Virus record (IMG/VR): IMGVR_UViG_3300037755_000409
Location: 1 to 55,991 of that record
Source of the DNA: a virus
Taxonomy: Duplodnaviria; Caudoviricetes
DNA: 55,991 nucleotides
Strand: one strand, 5' to 3'
The translations under genes were made by a program, and so were the position numbers. Shown piece after piece: positions 36,854-44,393 of this stretch. The stretch's first letter is position 1. Each line of letters begins with the position of its first letter. Below the pieces are notes generated by a model, which searched no databases, was not told the origin of the DNA, and saw nothing but the letters and a program-made list of their open reading frames with translations.

Positions 36854-37204
36854 ATGTTGACAAAACCAGAATCCGAACCGCTCGCCATCAAAACCGGCAA
36901 CCGGCTGCGCGAGATCCGCATCGCCAAGTGCATCACCATGAAGCCGCTGGCCGAGCAGCTGGGCACATCCGTGCAGACCGTCAGCCGTCTGGAAAAAGGC
37001 GGAATGACGCTGAGCGTGGAATGGATCGAGAAGTTCTGCGCAGCGCTAGACATCCATCCCGGCGTGCTGTTCGTCGATGACGCTTTCAGGCAGCAAGTTG
37101 AGCACGACAGAATCTGCAGCGAGGTTCTGACGCTGCAATTTCAGATGCAGCGCGCCACCGGGCGCATGGCCGAGTTTCTCAAAACGAACGGATGGCCAAG
37201 TTGA
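36854..37204 (+). CDS. XRE-family HTH regulator
   Basis: RLREIR....ITM..LAEQLGTSVQTVSRLEKG. Confidence 0.88.
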   Translation: MLTKPESEPLAIKTGNRLREIRIAKCITMKPLAEQLGTSVQTVSRLEKGGMTLSVEWIEKFCAALDIHPGVLFVDDAFRQQVEHDRICSEVLTLQFQMQRATGRMAEFLKTNGWPS

Positions 37205-37434
37205 GACACGGCGGCTCGCTTTGCTTCTGGGTGATCTTCGCGACGCCGCGGGACTTCCCCGATCACATCGTCATGCGCCGGCAGTATGCGGACTTTCCCA
37301 GCGGCGTGACACATGCCCCGATCGCCTGCCTGTACGAAAACATCGACCAGGCCCGGCGCGATGTGCCTTGCGGCCTGCATTGCCTGCCGCGCAGTCCTGC
37401 CGATGATCCGGTGATTATCGAGAGTTGGCTATAA
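37192..37434 (+). CDS. Hypothetical protein
   Basis: P.DFPD..V.RR, R.P.DDPVIIESW. Confidence 0.65.
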   Translation: MAKLRHGGSLCFWVIFATPRDFPDHIVMRRQYADFPSGVTHAPIACLYENIDQARRDVPCGLHCLPRSPADDPVIIESWL

Positions 37435-37459
37435 ATTGGTTCATTGAAAAGGAAAAAGC

Positions 37460-37780
37460 ATGAAAACGATGCAAGACGTATTAAGCGACATGATCGCACG
37501 CGAACTGCTCAATAGCGGCAAGCTTGTGAATGGAGGGTGGGAAATTTTTGACCGTTTCATTCTGGATCCCACCGCACCGGCAATCCAGCGCGATGAGATG
37601 CGCAAGGCGTTTTTCGCCGGAGCGCAACACGTTTTCATGTGTCTCCACGCCGGTCTTGATCCGGATGAAGAGCCAACCGAAAACGACATGAAGCGTATGG
37701 ATCTGCTCGAGACCGAGCTGACCCAATTCGGGGAAAGCTTCGCTGCAGAAATTGCGGCGAAAGAATCCAAGAGTCACTGA
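37460..37780 (+). CDS. Hypothetical protein
   Basis: AAGGA RBS; EMRKAFFAGA. Confidence 0.75.
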   Translation: MKTMQDVLSDMIARELLNSGKLVNGGWEIFDRFILDPTAPAIQRDEMRKAFFAGAQHVFMCLHAGLDPDEEPTENDMKRMDLLETELTQFGESFAAEIAAKESKSH

Positions 37781-38304
37781 TGCGAAACTGCGGCGACTGC
37801 CAACTCTGCTGCCGCCTGTTGCCGGTCAAGTCGATCGGCAAGAAAGCGGGTACGCGCTGCATCCATCAGAAGCACGGCAAGGGATGCAAGATCTATGAGC
37901 GCCGGCCGAGCTGCTGCCGTCTGTGGTCGTGCGCCTGGCTGACAGGGAACGACACGACTGATCTGCGCCGTCCGGACCGCGCGCATTACGTCATCGACTG
38001 CATGCCGGAATTCATCAAGCTCAGCGACGACGCGACCGGCGAAATTCACAAAGTTCCCGTCGTGCAGATCTGGATCGATCCGCGCTATCCGAATGCGCAT
38101 GAGGATCCGGCATTGCGCCGTTTTCTGTTGCGGCGCGGTGCCGAAGGCGTTCTCGGCGTCATACGCTCAAGCGACGAAGACGGCTTTGTGATCTGCCCGC
38201 CGAATATGTCCGATGACGGACAATGGCATATCAAGGCGGGGCAATCCGAGGAAGCTCATTCGGTCGAGGAAATATTCGACGTACTGGAAAGGGGACACGT
38301 ATGA
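37780..38304 (+). CDS. YkgJ-like cysteine-cluster protein
   Basis: CGDCQLCC, C.H, C.IYERRP..C..W.C.W. Confidence 0.75.
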   Translation: MRNCGDCQLCCRLLPVKSIGKKAGTRCIHQKHGKGCKIYERRPSCCRLWSCAWLTGNDTTDLRRPDRAHYVIDCMPEFIKLSDDATGEIHKVPVVQIWIDPRYPNAHEDPALRRFLLRRGAEGVLGVIRSSDEDGFVICPPNMSDDGQWHIKAGQSEEAHSVEEIFDVLERGHV

Positions 38305-38588
38305 CACTGATCAAGGATCTCGGCGACGTCATCGCCAAAGAGACGAACACCAATCTTTGCGCGCACCATCGGATCACGGTCGCCCAGGCTATCGTGAAAT
38401 GGCTGACCGATTCCTTGTTTGCCGAGCATCGGGATCAGATCCTTATCGACATCGATATCATCTTGCTACGGATCGAAGGCAGCCGATCGAATGGAAGCGA
38501 CGCCGTGCTGGTTGAGCATGACAGCATGCTGCGAATGATTTCGTGCGTCCATGAGCTCATAGCGGCGAACCACAATGACGCGCACTGA
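38301..38588 (+). CDS. Hypothetical protein
   Basis: ATGA overlap with the upstream gene. Confidence 0.55.
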   Translation: MTLIKDLGDVIAKETNTNLCAHHRITVAQAIVKWLTDSLFAEHRDQILIDIDIILLRIEGSRSNGSDAVLVEHDSMLRMISCVHELIAANHNDAH

Positions 38589-38904
38589 TCCAGCCGGATT
38601 GCCTCACAGGCCGATCCTGAAACTGAAGCCCTCGCCGAGCTCGGAAAAAGAAAGTCGCCCTGCCTCGCCGGCGCTGCCGCTGACGAAACGTCAATGCGCG
38701 ATCATGAAGCTGGCAGCTGACGGCGTTCCGCAACGGATAATTGCCCAGCGGCTCGGCATATCGCACCGAACTGTCGAGATGCATGCGCGCCGCCTGCGCA
38801 AGCGGCTCGGCGCGACGACGATGGCGCAGGCCATCCTTATCGCCATCAGGCTCAAGCAAATCACCATCGAGGGATGCAATGCTCAAGGAAGTAAAATCGA
38901 TTGA
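38575..38904 (+). CDS. Stand-alone LuxR-type HTH regulator
   Basis: LTKRQ..IMKL.ADG.....IAQRLGISHRTVEMH......RLGA. Confidence 0.85.
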   Translation: MTRTDPAGLPHRPILKLKPSPSSEKESRPASPALPLTKRQCAIMKLAADGVPQRIIAQRLGISHRTVEMHARRLRKRLGATTMAQAILIAIRLKQITIEGCNAQGSKID

Positions 38905-39856
38905 GAAATCTGCCAAACTTGATCGCGCCGCCTGGCACAAGCCCCTGATCTCGATCGTCATCACGCATTTCAATTATGCGGACCATATCGAGGATGCGAT
39001 TCTGTCGCTACTCGATCAGACGTATCAAAATTGGGAATGCGTCATTGTCGACGATGCGTCGAGCTATGAGCAGCATGCGCGGCTCGTCGCGATCCTCGAC
39101 AGCATCAACAGCGCAAAAATCCGACTTGTCGAGCATGCAGAGAACCGTGGACAGATCCCGGCATTCTTCACCGGCCTCGACGCCACCAGCGGCGAATTCG
39201 TCAGCATGCTCGATCCCGACGATCGCTATGCGAAGACTTTTCTTAATGAAGCGCTTGGCGCACATCTGAACAACACGGTGATGTGTCCGATCGTGTCGAC
39301 GGATCAGTACCTCGTAAAAAACGACAGCGTGATAGCAATGGTGAACTCGCACCATTTGTTGGAACAATCCCGATGGATAGGCGGGCGCGCCGTCATCGAT
39401 GGCGAAACAGCCAGCTCGCTTTTTTACACCCCATCTGATCGGCCAGGCTGGCATTGGACAAGCACATCATCGCTGATGATGAGACGTTCAGCCCTGCAGT
39501 ATCTGAAACCAAACAAAGAGCTGATCACAAAGAACTCGGTTGATGCCTATGTCGCTCAGGGATTGCATCGACTTGGCGGCACGATCTTTCTGGCCAGGCC
39601 ACTTGTTTACCGCACCCTCCACGACTGCAATGAGTATATTTCCGACACGCTCTTTTCCTCATTGCAGCATCAGGCGAGACCCACCGCCGTCAGCGCAGAG
39701 CGTGAGCTCCTGCTCGATGCCATCGATGCCATGAAGCATAACGGCGCGCCCATCCCCTCATGCGCGCTGAAGCCTAAGAAGCCCGGCCTGCTGGCGAAGT
39801 GGCGGCGCTCATTCAGCAAGCGTTGGCAAAAGCTCTTCGGGAAAAGCGCGCGATGA
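38879..39856 (+). CDS. GT2-family glycosyltransferase
   Basis: ISIVITHFNY, SLLDQTY.NWECVIVDDAS, NRGQ, LDPDD. Confidence 0.9.
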   Translation: MLKEVKSIEKSAKLDRAAWHKPLISIVITHFNYADHIEDAILSLLDQTYQNWECVIVDDASSYEQHARLVAILDSINSAKIRLVEHAENRGQIPAFFTGLDATSGEFVSMLDPDDRYAKTFLNEALGAHLNNTVMCPIVSTDQYLVKNDSVIAMVNSHHLLEQSRWIGGRAVIDGETASSLFYTPSDRPGWHWTSTSSLMMRRSALQYLKPNKELITKNSVDAYVAQGLHRLGGTIFLARPLVYRTLHDCNEYISDTLFSSLQHQARPTAVSAERELLLDAIDAMKHNGAPIPSCALKPKKPGLLAKWRRSFSKRWQKLFGKSAR

Positions 39857-41520
39857 CCGAGAAAATGCTGCGCGGCTCCAAGATCCGCATTTTCCCGACA
39901 AAGCGCCAGACACGACTTCTGGACCTATGGCGCAAGCGAACGATATCGCTCTGGAACCTGTTGCTCTCGCTCGAACAGGCGGCATATGGCGGCGAGAACA
40001 CGCGCTCGAAACTCGGCTGGCGTTCGATATGGGCGCGCGTGCTGGAAGAAAACCACGCCAAGACCTATGCCGCATGGGAAAACGGCAAGACCATCCGCGT
40101 CGGGAAAAACAAGGGCAAGGTCATCCCGCCATGCGACGGGCCAGCGCCAGAACCGGTCAATCCGGAAGTCCTAGCGAAAATCAATCGCTCGAGCAGTGAG
40201 ATGAACCCGGAAACCGGCGAACGCCTGCCGGCGAAGCTTTTCATGTGGGATACCGAGCTGCTTGCCATCATGGCGCGGCTGAAACAGGTGCCGCGCACTG
40301 AGTGGATTGCCGACCTGCCGTCCCATGCCGCACAGCGCGTCGTGAAAGATCTGATATCTGCCCTGCAGGCCATGCTCCGTGAGCGGCGTAAGCGCGCCAG
40401 CGGTGCAGGCGGGCGCGATACAGGCTTTCCGAAATTCAAGAAGAACCGCTACGGCGCAGGCAGCGTCTACTTCGCCAACACGCAGCTCGAATTCGATTTC
40501 GAAAATCAGCGCGTGCGATTTCCAAATGGCTGCGGCTGGATGCGATGCGAGTTGCCACGGCACTTGCGCAGTCAGGCGCTCGAAGACCGGTCGAAGATCA
40601 AGCTGATGGGCGGCCGCGTCTGGCGTCAAGGCGAGCGCACATATCTGTCCTGCCAGTGGGAAGTGGAAAGACCTGCGGCACTGAAGCCGACAGGACGCAC
40701 GGCCGGCGTCAAGATCGGCGCGAAGGTGTTGCTCACCACCTATGACGATCGCGGGCAGACACGCGAATATACGATGCCCGAGCCCGACAAGAAGCTGGAA
40801 ACACTACACCGCGTTGCGGCGAAGAGGCTGTCGCGCTCGATAGAGGCGCAGAAGAAGCGGGAGAAGAGGATCAAAGCAAACGGCTACAGCCAGCGTCGCG
40901 AAAAGCGCCTCGTCGCAACAGGCAAGAAGGACAGGCCGTTAAGGCTTCGTCGCACGCCAGGGTTCTACGCATCTGCCGCGCGGCTTGCTGGCTATGAGGC
41001 CATCGAGCGCGATCGGCGCGATGGGTTTCTGCACGAACTCACGACAAGCCTTGTCCGCCGGTTCGATGCCATCGCCGTCCAGCGCTTCGAAGTTGCGCGG
41101 TTGATGGAAAAGGAATCGACAAAGAAGAAACGCCGCCTGGCGCGAATCGACAATGCGGTTGAGCGCAATGCGACTGCGGAAGATATAAAGAAGCAACGGC
41201 CGATGAAGCCGGTCCGCAAGCTGATGCGCCGCGTCGCCATGGCTCGCTGTGGCCAGCTGCTGGAATACAAGTTCAAGGATCTGCGCGGGCCGGACGCCTT
41301 TCAGAAAATCGATCCGCATGATGTGAATGCCACGGCGTGCTCTGGCTGCGGAAGCATTCACCCCAAGTGGAAAGAAGCAAGCGGCATCATGCGCTGTCAT
41401 GAAGTGCTCGCCAGTGGCGAGATTTGCGGAACGGCATTGCCGCGCAACCGCAATGCCGCGCGATTGACGAAGCGGGAACTGGACGTCAGGCGCAAGGCCA
41501 AAATCAAGGAGGCAGTCTGA
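39853..41520 (+). CDS. TnpB/Cas12f-like type V effector with inactivated RuvC (555 aa)
   Basis: KIRIFPT..Q N-terminus, GFPKFKK, RuvC-I GVKIG, RuvC-II IAVQRF, Zn finger CSGC...C...C, RuvC-III RNRNAA; adjacent to cas1, cas2 and the array. Confidence 0.88.
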   Translation: MTEKMLRGSKIRIFPTKRQTRLLDLWRKRTISLWNLLLSLEQAAYGGENTRSKLGWRSIWARVLEENHAKTYAAWENGKTIRVGKNKGKVIPPCDGPAPEPVNPEVLAKINRSSSEMNPETGERLPAKLFMWDTELLAIMARLKQVPRTEWIADLPSHAAQRVVKDLISALQAMLRERRKRASGAGGRDTGFPKFKKNRYGAGSVYFANTQLEFDFENQRVRFPNGCGWMRCELPRHLRSQALEDRSKIKLMGGRVWRQGERTYLSCQWEVERPAALKPTGRTAGVKIGAKVLLTTYDDRGQTREYTMPEPDKKLETLHRVAAKRLSRSIEAQKKREKRIKANGYSQRREKRLVATGKKDRPLRLRRTPGFYASAARLAGYEAIERDRRDGFLHELTTSLVRRFDAIAVQRFEVARLMEKESTKKKRRLARIDNAVERNATAEDIKKQRPMKPVRKLMRRVAMARCGQLLEYKFKDLRGPDAFQKIDPHDVNATACSGCGSIHPKWKEASGIMRCHEVLASGEICGTALPRNRNAARLTKRELDVRRKAKIKEAV

Positions 41521-42377
41521 TGTTTCGCGGCCGCCTTGGTCTGGAGAAGATTCGCATCCCTTATAATTCGCGGCACGCGCTTGTGTGGCTGGATCGCGGA
41601 CGCCTGGATGTCGCCGATGGCTGCCTGCGCTTTGTCACGGCTGGTGGCACGCTGGAGGCTGGTGAGTACGAAATTCCGCACGAGGCAATCAGCATGGTGC
41701 TGCTCGGGCCGGGATCGAGCGTCACCCATGACGCGTTGCGGATATTGGCCAGCCACGGGACAGCGCTGGCTGCGATCGGCGAAGGCGGTGTCCGGCTCTA
41801 TACGGCGCCACCGATGATGACGGCGAGCTCAGCGCTCGCGCGACGCCAGGCATCGGCCTGGGCGTCACCCAAAGAACGAATCGCAGTTGCCCGGAAGATG
41901 TATGCGCTACGCCTTGGCGAGATCCTGCCGCACCGGGATATAGAAGTCCTGCGCGGCATCGAGGGCGCGCGCGTCAAGAAGGCGTATTGGGAAAAAGCTG
42001 AGGAATTCGGAATTGACTGGCGCGGCCGTCGATACGATCGTGCCGATCCACAATCGGCCGACGCTCCAAACCAGGCGATTAATCATGCCTCAAGCGCCGT
42101 GCGGTCCGCCGCGGCAATTGCCGTGATGGCGACCGCGACAATCCCGCAGCTGGGCTTTGTCCATGAAGATAGTTCCCAAGCATGGATACTCGATGTTGCC
42201 GATCTTTATCGGGATGAGGTCACGCTGAACATCGCGTTCGGCGCGGTGAAGGATGCCGACAAAAATCTCGTTACGCTCGAACGCGCTGTTCGACTTCGCG
42301 CTGCGACTGTCTTCGATGAGGAAAATGTGATTCCATCCATGATTGAACGAATCCGCACACTATTGAGCGAGCCATGA
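41520..42377 (+). CDS. cas1: Cas1, type I-E-like
   Basis: LLGPGSSVTHDA, GEGGVRLY, LRGIEGARV (E), NQAIN, LGFVH (H), LDVADLY (D); catalytic set intact. Confidence 0.96.
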   Translation: MFRGRLGLEKIRIPYNSRHALVWLDRGRLDVADGCLRFVTAGGTLEAGEYEIPHEAISMVLLGPGSSVTHDALRILASHGTALAAIGEGGVRLYTAPPMMTASSALARRQASAWASPKERIAVARKMYALRLGEILPHRDIEVLRGIEGARVKKAYWEKAEEFGIDWRGRRYDRADPQSADAPNQAINHASSAVRSAAAIAVMATATIPQLGFVHEDSSQAWILDVADLYRDEVTLNIAFGAVKDADKNLVTLERAVRLRAATVFDEENVIPSMIERIRTLLSEP

Positions 42378-42676
42378 GCCATGCCCTGACCGTGATTATC
42401 ACCCGCGATGTGGAGCCACGCTATCGAGGGTTGCTCAGATCAGCAATGCTTGAGGTCGCGGCAGGCGTCTACATCAGCGCAAGCTTTAATCGCGAAGCAC
42501 GTGATAGGCTTTGGGAAATAGTATCGCGCTGGCATAAAGCATTGAATCGCGGATCTGTGATTATGATCTGGCGTGATCGCAGTTCTGTTGCCGACATAGG
42601 GTTAAAAACACTTGGAAAAACAACAAGAGAATATGCAGAAACCGACGGATTACTATTGACGCGTCTGCGCACATAG
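42374..42676 (+). CDS. cas2: Cas2, type I-E-like
   Basis: TRDVEPRYRGLL...MLEVAAGVY, RDRLW, DGLLL. Confidence 0.93.
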   Translation: MSHALTVIITRDVEPRYRGLLRSAMLEVAAGVYISASFNREARDRLWEIVSRWHKALNRGSVIMIWRDRSSVADIGLKTLGKTTREYAETDGLLLTRLRT

Positions 42677-42684
42677 AATAATCA

Positions 42685-42900
42685 TTCGCTTACCGCTTCG
42701 GCGGTCTAGGGCCGTAGTCCGGCACCGAAGTTAAGCCCGCTGTAAGATCTTCTGGATCGTATGGCTGCCCTTGTAAGACCTGCCACACTTCCAGGCAGGC
42801 AGGGGCATCGGAGCCCCCTCTGTCGGCGGAACCTCATTCGTGAGGGTCTACGAGACACGGGGCGTTGAAGGGGGAATCCTTGCGTGTTCTGAACGACCGA
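42685..42900 (+). ncRNA. Putative tracrRNA (omegaRNA-like scaffold)
   Basis: Anti-repeat 42877-42898 pairs 20/22 with repeat nt 1-22; GTCCG 42717-21 pairs with repeat CGGAC; two UUCG-capped hairpins and nested stems; ends approximate. Confidence 0.8.
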
Positions 42901-42942
42901 TCTTTGAAAATCTGGAGATGCGACAGCGACTTAGCTGCTAGA
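42899..42942 (+). promoter_or_regulatory. Short CRISPR leader
   Basis: Lies between the anti-repeat and repeat 1; TCTTTGAAAATC motif and TAGA junction recall I-E leaders. Confidence 0.55.
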
Positions 42943-43702
42943 GGTCGCTCTGAGTGCGCGGGGACGGACGGTCAGACCGGCCCCGCTCCCACCACAGCTC
43001 ATTGGTCGCTCTGAGTGCGCGGGGACGGACGTCTTCCGTGGTGGGATCGATTGCTCGGAACCTAGGTCGCTCTGAGTGCGCGGGGACGGACGTCAAAAGT
43101 TCCATCACATCAATGATCTGTCCGGGGTCGCTCTGAGTGCGCGGGGACGGACGGTATTAGAGGCAATTATAGATGAATCAGGAAATGGTCGCTCTGAGTG
43201 CGCGGGGACGGACGCTGTCACAACTGCTGACTCCTCCCCGCATACCCGGTCGCTCTGAGTGCGCGGGGACGGACGCTGCTCATTCAGAACCTCCTCCCAT
43301 GTCGGGTAGGTCGCTCTGAGTGCGCGGGGACGGACGTTCCGGGAGGGTCCTTGGCAAATCTCCAACTGGGGTCGCTCTGAGTGCGCGGGGACGGACGGCT
43401 GTAGCGTAATCGTAGTGCTAGGCATCACTCGGTCGCTCTGAGTGCGCGGGGACGGACGATGAACTGCCGAAAGAGCTTGAGATTGCGCGGCGGTCGCTCT
43501 GAGTGCGCGGGGACGGACGTAGGCCACGTCTCCCTCTACGCGGCTCATCCGAGGTCGCTCTGAGTGCGCGGGGACGGACGTTTAACGGACATTATTTGCA
43601 CATAGGTTTCAGTGGTCGCTCTGAGTGCGCGGGGACGGACGTTACGGCAACATCAATCGGCCCGCTCACACTTTGGTCGCTCTGAGTGCGCGGGGACGGA
43701 CG
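42943..43702 (+). CRISPR. CRISPR array: 13 identical 28-bp repeats GGTCGCTCTGAGTGCGCGGGGACGGACG and 12 spacers of 33 bp
   Basis: Exact 61-bp period from 42943 to 43675; unique spacers. Confidence 0.99.
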
Positions 43703-43715
43703 GCAGGGGAAAGAA

Positions 43716-43737
43716 CACGACGCCGAAGGCGCTCGTG
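43716..43737. terminator. Hairpin between the array and the convergent lysis genes
   Basis: CACGACGCC-GAA-GGCGCTCGTG; no clear U-tract. Confidence 0.35.
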
Positions 43738-43781
43738 CAGTCTTGATGCGCAGGGTGGACGAATAACGGGCAATGCGCAGG

Positions 43782-44129
43782 CTATTGCAGCTTGCACAGC
43801 GCATCCCAGGCAGCGTTGTGCTCGCGGATCTTTTTCACCAGTTCCGGCCGATCCAGTTTCTGAGAATACAGGATAGGCTCGAAAGCTTCGCAGGCCGTGT
43901 CGACAACAGATTGTTGTGTTGGTTGCTCACAGAGAATCCCCTTGCTGACGCCGAACACCTGCAGATCAAATATACAAACCCGCGACTCAGCCGCATCAGT
44001 CGATGTTGTATGGATCATCAGGATCAGGCTCGCTATCAGCAGCACGCTTGCGCGCCGCGCGCGCTTCCTGAATGCGATCATTTGAAATCTGTAACCCTTC
44101 AAGGATTGCCTTCGCCTCGCCAGCCGCAA
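43782..44129 (-). CDS. Putative o-spanin-like protein (start uncertain)
   Basis: Overlaps the Rz-like gene; hydrophobic segment, Cys residues, DTAC...HNAAW..LC. Confidence 0.55.
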   Translation of the reverse strand: MRLARRRQSLKGYRFQMIAFRKRARRASVLLIASLILMIHTTSTDAAESRVCIFDLQVFGVSKGILCEQPTQQSVVDTACEAFEPILYSQKLDRPELVKKIREHNAAWDALCKLQ

Positions 44130-44208
44130 TCAGCTCACGCTCGCGTAGAAACGTCACGACGATCGTGACGGCCTGCAGCGTGAGCGCGATCAGCTTTAGC
44201 CAGGTCAT
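43996..44208 (-). CDS. Putative i-spanin (Rz-like)
   Basis: N-terminal TM, helical body, DPDDPY end. Confidence 0.65.
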   Translation of the reverse strand: MTWLKLIALTLQAVTIVVTFLRERELIAAGEAKAILEGLQISNDRIQEARAARKRAADSEPDPDDPYNID

Positions 44209-44378
44209 GCAGAGCGATCACGGTTCCAGACCCACCACCAAACAAACGCGCCAATCCCGAGCACGCCACTGATTACGCCCTGATAGAGCTCACCATCCGC
44301 AACGCTTTCGCCGAACAGATAACCGCCGATGGCATAAAGGACGATCCGGACCAACTGCTGTATGCTGTCCCAAGTCAT
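44205..44378 (-). CDS. Putative holin (57 aa)
   Basis: MTWDSIQQLVRIVLYAIGGYL...VISGVLGIGAFVWWWVW; two TM segments; AAGGAG RBS. Confidence 0.75.
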   Translation of the reverse strand: MTWDSIQQLVRIVLYAIGGYLFGESVADGELYQGVISGVLGIGAFVWWWVWNRDRSA

Positions 44379-44393
44379 GATGACTCCTTTGGT

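Noticed and set aside
39853-41520. IS200/IS605 transposon carrying tnpB
   Set aside because: No TnpA, both gene ends overlap neighbouring genes leaving no room for IS ends, and the RNA scaffold lies beyond cas2 and pairs with the CRISPR repeat
42650-42685. Dedicated tracrRNA promoter (TTGACG 42656-61 with TAGAAT 42674-79)
   Set aside because: The 12-nt spacing is too short and alternative -10 boxes are weak, so it is not called
39853-43702. CRISPR-associated transposon (Cas12k-type) or complete type I-E system
   Set aside because: No tnsB/tnsC/tniQ and no cas3/cas5/cas6/cas7/cas8/cas11 recognised on the complete circle
42954-43876. Short ORFs beginning MRGDGR in the ORF track
   Set aside because: Artefacts of translating the 61-bp repeat period
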